Source of the DNA: Lobosporangium transversale
Lineage: Eukaryota
Reading direction: 5' to 3'
NCBI RefSeq assembly: GCF_002105155.1
Contig: NW_019028996.1
Location: forward strand, 620,001-684,000
DNA: 64,000 nucleotides
Part shown: positions 12,073 to 22,447 of the stretch, piece by piece
Layout: each line of letters starts with the position of its first letter
How positions within the stretch are numbered: the stretch's first letter is position 1
Notes under the pieces: model-generated
Databases searched by the model: none
What the model was told of the DNA's origin: nothing
What the model saw: only the letters and a program-made list of their open reading frames with translations
Position numbers and translations under genes: made by a program

Positions 12073-14623
12073 TCAGTGCCCTATGGGCCGACCTTGCTCA
12101 ATAATTTGCTGAATTAATTGACTTTGCTCTTCAATGATCCGTGCTTGTTCCTTGAGCTGCCTATCTACCTTTATGCTGCCACTTTCGGAGTGCTTATTGA
12201 GGTACTCTTCCTGCTGCTGAAGCGTTGCAGTATAGTAGATCATATCATGGGACCACTGATCAGACTTCGAGCTGCCTGCTTTTTTTTTTTTTTTTTTTTT
12301 TTTTAAGAAAAAAAAAAAAAAAAAAAAAAAAAGTATGTAAGTAAAAAAGGATCTACTTCATTATCTTTTGAAAGCGTTGAGTGAACATACCTGGGCCATT
12401 GTACGACAGGGCCTCTGCTTCTTCGACATATCGTAGCCTGATCCCCATCCATGTCAATGTCGATGTATTTTTAGCAGTCTGGAATGCATCATTCATCAGT
12501 GCTAAATAGACAAGAGTAGAGAAATTGTTAGTTTCAGCTCGAGAAGAATTAAATCAATTGATGCGATTGTGGCAACATTACCTATAAGTATATTAAATGA
12601 AATAATAACGGTGAAGATGACAAATAGTATCATCAGCCCATCGTAATCCGATGGACGATCTGCAAAATCGAGCGCTTCACCAGTTGAACCCCAGAGGCCA
12701 ATCTAAAAAAGAATGGAAACCCTGTTAGAAAACGCCAGCAGGCATTAGTGCAATCAAAATACAAGCAAGCATTAAGAGTATACACGTACCATGAAGAAAA
12801 AAATGGTAGAAATAGCACGAAAAGGCGCTTTTGAGAACTTGCTATCAACTTCAGCACATCTATTAACTGGGGTGACTGGGCATCCACGGAGCAAGTGCAA
12901 AATTGCGAGTGCAAATGCAACAAAGCCTAAAAAAAAGAGTACAAAGAAGAGGCCGATTTTCCCCACGATCTTGAGAACCAATGTCGTAAAGTAGCAAATA
13001 TTCTGCTTGACCCGTAATTCAAATATCTGTTGGGGTGAACACACAATGAAGAGTGTAGGCATTTGCAATATGATTAGCATCCTAGTACAGCTCAAGTCAA
13101 AAAAAAAAAAGCAAGGACTTGTGTCATTTTGACATTACGAAATGTAAATAGATAAAAATGACTGAGAAACTGAGGACGGAAATGTTGCCATCAGGATTAT
13201 CCTCCACGATATTCATTATCTGCTTAATACTTCCTATTAACGGGGGTACAAACACTCCAACGTCGATGATCTTAAATGGAGAACTATAATAAACGAGAGG
13301 AAAATGGTCATTAATGGGTGGGAAAGTATGGAGACATAAGAGCTAAGCGAGGGTCGTGGCGCACCTAAAATACTGGCGATAATTGCGGCAAAGCTGTAGT
13401 GCCTCAAGGAAAAGAAACATTGTAGCCATAACAGTGATGGCAACAAATATGATTATAAGTGCGATCGCTGGGATTCTTCCATACACCTGAATGATCACGG
13501 ATGTCAGTACTAGGAAGTAGAAAATGCACTCGACTATGAATCGCTTGCACCAGTATGAGTGACCAATCGAATTCCTACAATGAGTGTATGATAAATCAGA
13601 TTCTCTTAAGCGCATGAATTAATGAATCAGCCAAAAAAAGGAAAATTAGACAAGATTTAGGCTTTTCAAAAGTATATTATACCACTTGTATTCGATCAGA
13701 GCTGCAATTGCGGGGTTATCTAACATTTCAGGAGTAAAAGCATGGCATTCGACAGCTGGTTTGGATTTCATCCTGAACCTATGGATTGTACTATACACGG
13801 CCTGGAGCCATGGATTTTGCGCTTTGCTACCGCTTTCAGATGTTTCTACTGGGCGACGCCATAACATATCGTACGAGGCAGCAAAGATATCGACCGTGAA
13901 GCCTTCATCCCTTGGAGCAGATCCAGACACGTTAAGTTGAGATGAGTCGCCTAGATGAAAAACAGGATTCTTGCATTTATGCAATGGTTGGTTCTCGGGC
14001 TTTAGAAACATCCATCGAAACCTCGGAGGATGCGCAACAACTGCCCTATCAATGATAATGGACGGGTCTTTGACAGGAATAAAAGACAGCTGTCTGATAG
14101 TTCCATAAACTAGGTCCGAGTGCAGTTCATGCAGTTGAACAAGTTCATGTAGCGAGCTCAAGACTGGTGAAGCAACACTCAAGTCTTTTGTTTCTTTGGC
14201 CATACGAATATAGTAATCAATCGTAATCTTCGCAAGCACAATGGCTCGGGAGGATGCCTTGGCCTTGTCGAGAAATAAAGAGACTGGATTCCCTTCTCGA
14301 TTGAGGCCCCAACTTGGTACCAACTGAGATGGCGCCCATCGCACATGTCCAGAGTCAAGCAGCGCTTTCAGGAACCTGCCATGCATCTCATAGTTATCTT
14401 TAGTCGTGCGACCGCAAATCTCGACCAAAATTTTAGAAAGGTTTACATTGCAGTTTATAAGCTCATCGATGCATGCAACAGCATTCTTTAAAACATTCTT
14501 TCGTGCCTCACTGCTGCTGTTTCCATACTCGGAAATTAAGTTGTAGAACTTATTCAGTAAGAAATCTGGTGTAAGTTGGCCTTTGTATGAGCTATCTGTT
14601 TGGCCATTAGGAATTGGAAACAT
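12073..14623 (-). CDS. TRP-like 6-TM cation channel (Mortierellaceae-type ion-transport domain), multi-exon; 5' end uncertain
   Basis: Spliced product reads MLDNPAIAALIEYKW...SPFKIIDVGVF...IFELRV...FVAFALAILHLL...AISTIFFFM|IGLW...FTVIISFNILIALMNDAF...W, typical of S1-S6 plus a TRP-box-like region. Stop at 12073. Confidence 0.75.
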
Positions 14624-15008
14624 TGCTTTTGCAAGTCTACTTCAAAGGACAGAGGGACAATGCTGAATGGCTGGTGTGTATGCCTGGAGGTAATTGCCCA
14701 GAAAAATAAAAGAAGAAAAGAAAAAGGTGGGATGAAGGGATTGCTAATGGCCTTGTGATTAACGGTAGAAGCGATCATACATGGAAAAAAGGCGATGCCA
14801 AGAGATATTCAGACAAGAGGCGAAGGAGCTCGGCGAAGCACTTCAATGGGCTCATCTCAATATAATTTGAAGGCGTACATAAAACATAACAGAAAACACG
14901 GCCCGATTGGGTATCTTTAGAAGCACAAATTAACTAAATTTTAAATCTGCGTCGCCTATCTATTGAAGAATAGCCATGAGAGGACAATTTCTAGCTGATG
15001 ACCTATGG

Positions 15009-16435
15009 TTAAAGGTCGTCGATGAAGTCCCCAATACTGCCACCAACGTCGTCAATGATGTCCCTAAAATCATCACCAACGTCGTCAATGAAATCTTCAA
15101 CATCATCAACAACGCCTTCAATGAAGTCACCAATATCAGTAATGATTTCCTTGGCTTTGTCACCTAACTTTCGCAAGATTTCTCGAATCTAGCCAATCGC
15201 AGAAACGGAGAGAATCAGTCCTCCATCATGCTACCATCCTCAGCGATCACAGAGAGTGAACCTTGCATAGTTACAAAGACTTACATTGATAGGGCAATTT
15301 ACGCTGTACGACTTGTTTTTGACAGTGTGCGAGATTGAGATGATGCCAATAATTGTTACATCTGCAATAGCTTCATAATTGATGATGATTTGACCCTCCG
15401 TCCCTCCAGCCAAGCCGCACTCCGAAAGAATGCTCCTTATGACAGATAAGCGCGAGTCTTGGTGGCGATCGTAACTAATAGAGACAGAGGCCTGAACCAC
15501 AGTTTTTGCTTTACGATGGATATCGACGTATTGAACACTTCCACCACCAATAGGAGGACTGTAGTTAGGGTAAAAGGCCTAAGTGAGAGGAGTGATAATA
15601 GACGTACAAATTGAAAACCCAATTAATTACATTAGAAATGCTCTCTTTGACTGATACTGTACCCGGGCTCACTAAAGTCTTCGCCAACTGTCGAATGCAA
15701 TCAAAGTACATCAATGCAACGTAAAAAGCGATTAATGTAAAAGTGTTGAATGGACATTAAGAAAGGAGGGGAAAAGCGCACCTTTATGACCGCAGAGTTA
15801 ATTCTAAATCCTAAGAGATTAGGGTTGTCGATCTCAATGTTCGCCACCATGGTCATGGCTAGTGTTGTATTACCCTTGTTGAATGAGAAATTAGGCCCGC
15901 TTGCTGCGCCAAGGTATTTTAACGTGGGCACTTGTAAGGTTTTAGCTAGCACAATCCCCACAATGGTGAGGGCCAGCAGGACAAGGATGGATAAGCAGCA
16001 GGTGATTCGCCCGCAGGCAGATTGGACGCATGGAAAACATGGTAGGAGTCTCGATATTTTCCCTGTTGGCCCCATTCGCTTGACATCTAGATTACTATTG
16101 TCAGAGTGGTCGCTCGTCTTGTTTTCCCCGTTGCTCTTGTTTTTCTCAGTCCTTAGTGTCTCATCATCCTCAAATTCATTCTTCGTATCACACTTTAAAT
16201 TGAGTTGTTGTGTTTTATGATGATAGGTATAGTTCCATCCACGTTCCTGCCGTTGCTCATGCTGCTGTTGATGTGGCTCTTGCCCACAACCTTCAGGCCT
16301 TTGAGTAGGTAGTGGGGGAAGCTTCTTGTTCAAGTGAAGTTGCGGCTGAGGATGGAATTCGTCATCTTCGCCCCTTGAATTGGCCTGTTTGTAAATATAG
16401 TTGCCATTACTGCTATCGTAACCATTGTAGTTCAT
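15009..16435 (-). CDS. Type II membrane protein with LEA_2 (NDR1/HIN1-like) domain and acidic 11-mer repeat tail, 3 exons
   Basis: Cys-rich pre-TM segment, TM (LSILVLLALTIVGIVL), IEIDNPNLLGFRINSAVIK|AFYP..PIGGGS LEA_2-like motif. Last exon reads IREILRKLG...DFIDDVGDDFRDIIDDVGGSIGDFIDDL*. Confidence 0.75.
15015..15140. repeat. Imperfect 33-bp tandem repeat (~3.5 copies) encoding acidic 11-residue repeats
   Basis: Units like caccaacgtcgtcaatga(a/t)... recur every 33 nt inside the last exon of the LEA_2-like gene. Confidence 0.8.
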
Positions 16436-19043
16436 TGCGAAGATACGATCGGGAAAGAAACGTGGTAAAGAAATAAAATAAATAAGTTACGCAAGGATGC
16501 TAGAAGAGGATGACGGGGCAAGAATAAAAAGAGGGGAGTAGAGGAAGAGAGAGGGAGAGGGAAGACAAAGGCGCTCCTCATCACTAGAAGGCTCACTTGA
16601 ATTATTGAATTACAACTTCGCCAATGCCGACCATTGCACAGTAGTGTGGAAGCGTGGAGGGACCGAAGTCATTTAATGTTAACATTCACAATATACGCTG
16701 CGCATATGTAATACAAGGGGCTCCTGTAAGGAGGCGCATCGATCTTTAATGGTACACCACAACAAGCGGCACGTTTGTTTTGTCTAAGCTAGCCTTACCC
16801 TTGTTTACTATCATCCGCTGGTAGCAGCCGCCTAATGACTACACGTATTTTTCACTGTCATTACCACAAGGGAAACCTTTGTTATCTTGGTAGAGAGTAT
16901 CATGTACCTTGTAAGGATAGCTACAAAACGTAAAAGTGTTAGGGCTCCGAACAGTGGCGGTACAGCTTAAGTGGCTTCCTTGCTGTTGTTTATATGGCTT
17001 TCACCTGCCTATTTTTCGTTGCGGTCTTTGTGTTTTATAATGTCTTCAGCGTACTGTCCCTCTTTTGCTGTCATGTTATTGTTCTATTGGAAGCAGTAAA
17101 GGCGAGCGCCAAGTCAAGCAGAAAAAATAGGAAAAGGCCTCTAACTATTACTAATTTCTATGATTTTGGCATGCAGTTACTAGACATTTGATACTAAAAT
17201 CAATACAATCCTAACCAACGCGTGTATCGCTGGTGAGTTTTTCTTTATTATTTTTTTTCTGAGCTACAAAAGGGCCACCTGGCCACGTAATACTTGTTTC
17301 ATCGGTGATGGTCATCAATACTTTCACATGACTTTGTTATCGTCGCCCTTTGCTTTCCTTGACCTTGCCCTATGCCTCTTTCCTTGAGCTTGTTTTATGG
17401 CCTCATGTCAACAGTCTATTTAGCTGAGCTGAAAACCCTTTATTTCTTCCTCCACTCTTCTCTCTTCTCAGCAATCATTCCGCTCATTACACTCACCCCT
17501 TTTTCATTCATTACGCTCTCTTCCTTACCACTCCACAGTTTAGCAGCTTACATGGCTGCGCATGGTATGTATACAGTCTCTATCTCAGCAGCGAAAGCTT
17601 AGTCTGGGTGTCAATGTTTACACCCCACCTATCGCCCCAACAAAGGGCGTTTAAATCTAAAGGCAAACTGCTATATTTGCATGCAAATTAGTGGCACCAC
17701 AGAAGGAGAAGGTCTCAATGCCTCTTATCAGTAGAGAAAGGTAGAAAACACCTTTTATTTTATTTTAGCCACGGCTGTATTTACGCATATCTGAGTGGAC
17801 TTTTAAGCTTTGGATTTTCTTCTACTTGAGGAGTTTCATCAATTGCCTCTGCTTTTCGAAGAAACGCTGATATAACTAGTAAAGATCGACAATCGCTGGG
17901 GCACAAATTTGATGGAATACTCTATTGCTTGGGAGCCTCCAATGCTGAGATTGGTGCAATCGAAGCCGGAAAGAAAAGCAAAATCTAATATGGTAGCTAG
18001 GTGTTATCTGATGCCTCGAAGATGTCGAATACTTTAAGGGATATATTTGGTTTTGCATGCACACAGGCTGGTTTTAACGAGTGATGTTGTTGTTATGGGC
18101 AAGGAATCGAAGTTTATGGCTCCCTGGTATCTGGGTGCCTGGTAGGGTCTGAGTCACTGAAGTATCTTGAAGGGAGATACCTTTGCTTCAATCGAGAGAG
18201 TGAACTGATTCCACCAGCCACGTTGAACGGTTTTTCATTATTGAAGATTGCACGTGTAATGATACAGTCCTCACGTTGGAGGCCTCGTATCGGGTCAACT
18301 GCAGAAGATACTGGGAGGCATATTGACGGCTCCGGCCCCTTACAGAGCCAAGAATGCCAGTCAGCTCCAACATTGACATCACCACCTCTTTCTCCAAAGA
18401 TGAAGAAAGTTATAAAAAAATAACAATAAAGTAACTCCACTGAATTGCAAAATCAGAGCAAACTGGTGTTGCTAATGCACTTTTTCTCTTCCCTTTAGTG
18501 TCCTACTCCTCGATCATAAATACCGACGTGCCTAGTGAGCAGCACTCCGGCATCTCAAAGGATATCAAGACAGCTTCTTTACTTGCTAGCCCTGATGTAA
18601 CCCCCACTCCCTATAAGGTAACAAAGAGTTTCCTTAACGACCTACTTCAAGCCCTTTACCCTCAGATCGGTTCTGATCGGCATCCTCCACCTGATTTTGA
18701 GTCCATGAAGAGATGTATTTGGTCAAAGCACCTCACCACACCTAAAGATACAATCAGCTACACGACGCTGTAGACTGTGAACCAGTAGAGTTCAGTTGAA
18801 GCTTAGTTATTCTCCTAAACTTGACGGTAGCCCATCGGGTTGTGGTGGGGATGGTGCTGTTTGTTAATGCAATTATAGTATAATTGCCACACTCCCATCA
18901 ATTGATTTTTTTTTTTTCATTGAACTGTGTCGATTTATTACTCTACCTTGTTTAACGCTGATTCTTTCAACAGATAAACATGTAGTAACATGGACATTCA
19001 AAAGGCATTGAGGTACAGCCTTTACCACCAATGCAGTCGTTTC

Positions 19044-19077
<34 letters not shown>

Positions 19078-19658
19078 TAAGCAAAAAGATGGGAATCACC
19101 AAGCCCTTTCGTATTAACCTCCTCTAATCATTGCCTTCTAAAGGCCTACTAGGTGCTTGGGGATCGGGATCAAGTAACGAGGGTGCCAAATCACGGAAGG
19201 GATGCATGCTAAGCACGAAGCTGTCTCCACCATTGCAGAAGCCTCTGGATTAAGTCTATACACGAAAGCAACAATGATCTCTGGGAACACTTCAACAGAG
19301 CGTACTCTATCCAAAAGCTAGGCTTTTGTCCCTAAATCATAGGTCCACATAGACAATTACCCTAATATATAGTTCTGCACTCGTCGACCCAACTGCAATG
19401 AGAGAAATGGGCTCTGAAACATTTGTACTTAGCTTCACGATGCTAAAATCCCTGGTAACCAAGCATGGGCTCCTAAAAGACGCATGTACATGTGGATGAT
19501 GATCTATCTTCCTTTTGTGACAATTTTGATACCCATTGGTGCATGTTTTGTCAAAGAATGTAGATTAATTTGTGTTCCTGTTCATCTGTGAGCATGAGCG
19601 TTTTTCCACGGTCATGGATAATGTGGACCTAAGTATCCAGACATTCTGAACTCTATAT

Positions 19659-19726
19659 ACCAGAAATATACTTCGGCGCTGGTCTCATGACCAGAAATAT
19701 ACTTCGGCGCTGATCTCATGACCAGA
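19659..19726. repeat. 31-bp tandem duplication (2 copies + partial)
   Basis: accagaaatatacttcggcgctg(g/a)tctcatg twice, followed by accaga. Confidence 0.9.
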
Positions 19727-20396
19727 GACACTATTAAACCTTCACCCTAAAATTGCGTAGCAGATATGGATATAGAACAAAAGATATGCATGCAGAAAAG
19801 AGAATTAAAAAGTGGTGCCAAACCCTATTCACACCACTGAGCATAGACATGTTCGTATTTGAATAGTTTTGCTCCAAGACTGCTTCTCATTGCATTGTCA
19901 ACCATCATTAACCGTAGCACAAGCTCTTCTAACCCGCTTTTAGTTTTCATTTTGTACATGTACATGTATTGTTACTGTATTATGTATTTTGTGGTGTTTT
20001 TTATTTTTTTTTATTTTTTATAATTATTTTGTTCTGGATATTTGGAATTGATCTGCAAAAACTTAATTCTACATTAACTCCCTTTTGCTCACACCATTAG
20101 TGATCAGACATTGCTCCCCACTCGAGTCTCTAGCGTATGGATTTATTCTCACATACAACGAAGCAATGTTGCATCTACTTTCGTAATAATATTTTTCCAT
20201 ATCGCCTTCCTCTGAAATGCTGACAAGACTTCTCACAGCTAACATTCGATATAAATAAGAGGCACACACTCGTCTTTGTTTCGCTCTCAGAATCTCCTCA
20301 CCCTCTTCCAGGTATGCCACCTTGCAGATGTTCTTGAAGCATCATCCAACGACCGTCAGCTAATATTTTCACACTTTGATGTAATACCAGACAGCC

Positions 20397-20855
20397 ATGT
20401 ACAAGAGCTTCATCTATCTCTGCACGACCGGCCTACTTGCCTTGGCACAAGGACAAGACGTGGGCAGATGTACCGAGCATCTCCGCAAATTTGATCTCTG
20501 TGCCAACGATGGCGCCTGGACTGTCAACAAGCTCCACCATTTATCTTATATGTTGAATACGTTTAGTGATAATATTGGCTTCATAACCCATTGGCGCAAT
20601 GAAGGTTGCGCGTCTGGACTGGGGACCAACAAGTGGAAGTGCTGCTACAAAACCTGGGACGGAAGCAACCTGGATATTAACTCGAAGAGAGAACTCCTGG
20701 ACTCTGTTGGAGATATCAAGAGTGTCATTGGTAATGTTCGCGAAGGCACATATCTTCCAAGTTGGGTAGAGAGATGGAATGGAAAGACCCAGCTGTGGTG
20801 CAATTATAACAACATGCCTTTCTCTTACAAGTGGAAGTGCCAGGGCCGCTCGTAG
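20397..20855 (+). CDS. Small secreted cysteine/tryptophan-rich protein, 152 aa, intronless
   Basis: ATG-TAG ORF with signal-peptide-like N-terminus (MYKSFIYLCTTGLLALAQG). 7 Cys in the mature part including a CC pair. TATAAA upstream (~20250). No family recognised. Confidence 0.7.
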   Translation: MYKSFIYLCTTGLLALAQGQDVGRCTEHLRKFDLCANDGAWTVNKLHHLSYMLNTFSDNIGFITHWRNEGCASGLGTNKWKCCYKTWDGSNLDINSKRELLDSVGDIKSVIGNVREGTYLPSWVERWNGKTQLWCNYNNMPFSYKWKCQGRS

Positions 20856-22447
20856 GCCGTATCGATCAGTTGACGGATATAAAAGACCAGGAGGAAAACA
20901 AAGACCTTTATAAACAAATAGTGTCAGGAAATGCCCGACAAGAGCATCCGTCGATCCATTAATAAAAATAAAAATAAAAATAAGAAAGCATGCAGTCGTC
21001 CTTCTCATCTGATTAAAGTCAATATAATATATCTTTACTCCAGCAGTCGGAGGACTCCAAAGAAGGCGAATATAGCTTGTCTAAGGGGAAAGTAATGTAG
21101 ACTAAATTGAATGTGCTTGTGTGGGTGGGTGTACGGAATGGATTAGGCATAATAACAGACAACTACTAAAGCTTTTCCAGTTAGGGGTCGATGAATCCGC
21201 CTTCAGCGCGTTCTTATTCAAATATTATGGAAGAGTAGCTGGTACCCCTAAGGGAGCGATCAAAGATGTGAGCTTATTCAGTTCGTGGCTGTGGTACCAT
21301 CCAACTCATGTTCTGATTCTGACACGACTCTTTTTTTTTTTTTACATCTTACTGTTTTAGCCTCAGTCAAATAATTATTGGCTGAGGCACCACACTGCAA
21401 ACGCTTTGAAGACAGAGGGATTAAAGATTATTATTTATTTTTTTCTATCGCAGCTAAAGACTTTTTTTATGCATTGCAAATCTTTGACACTTGCTTGAAG
21501 CTAAGGTGTATCTGGAAGAGTGTCCTAAAGAGCCAAGAGCACAGTTACAGATATTTTTACTCCAATTGGAGGTAACCTAAGCTGGGTTGTTCCGAGCAAT
21601 TGCTTTTTGCTTTTGACGTTCGGATGCATCTCCCACTCGTTCTGTGTGGAATATTCCTTCTTCAAGTGCTCTCTGTCTTTTAGGAAAAGTCAGAGGGAAG
21701 TTTTTGCTGACAGTGTTTTCTGAGACGGTACACTGATATTTTTTGGCTTGTTCTGAGCATTGCGTTTTCCAACAGTTTTTCTGAGTCCAGATACAGATAT
21801 GTCATGCGACAGGCAGAGAAATGAAAGTCTCTGTCCACTCCACGCATTGCAACTCTAGAAGCTCTATCCTCAAAAAAACTTTCATAGTCTCATTATGACG
21901 ATCACGAAGGTAGGTTCTTATGTCCTTTAAGCACTTGTATGGTGTTTTACAGAGGGCAACAAGGCGAAGACTCACTCTGAGAGAGACTCTGGACTTCCAA
22001 CGCCGTGGCTTCAGCGACTCTAGTGATCTTAGTGCCTTCAATGCCTTCTTTGTCATAATTGTCTTTGCTGCCTTCGGTAGCCTCTTTGCTTACAGGTCCC
22101 TTCGTTATCAAAAGAGATTCCGGACGACAGTCTCACTCGTTTTCCACGCTTGTCATTAATAAAGCCAATTATAGGGCCTAAGTTTCGTTTGGGCATTCTG
22201 GGAGGGAAGGGAAAAAAAGAAAACGGGGATTAGAGGATGGTAGAGCGTTAATTTCTTCTGTCTAATTTCGCATGTGTACATTGGATTTGTTAAAATGCCT
22301 TTATAAATGTTCTTGAAAGAACCTTTCCGCTTTACTTTTGTATGGTACAATAATGGTAGCGATTTTTATTGCCTTTTTATATACAAAAGATGATTGCAAG
22401 TTTTCTACTGTCTTTTCACTTTTTTTTATACATGTTTTGCTTTGTTT

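Noticed and set aside
12280..12333. Poly-T followed by poly-A as a hairpin terminator or MITE
   Set aside because: Intronic homopolymer tracts like many others in this window; no target-site duplication or internal sequence.
17800..18800. Short ORFs with a possible intron (gene remnant)
   Set aside because: No coherent spliced frame or recognisable motif. The same applies to 21600-22150 and 35850-36550.
19659..19726. 31-bp repeat as a CRISPR array
   Set aside because: Head-to-tail copies with no spacers, only two units, eukaryotic context.
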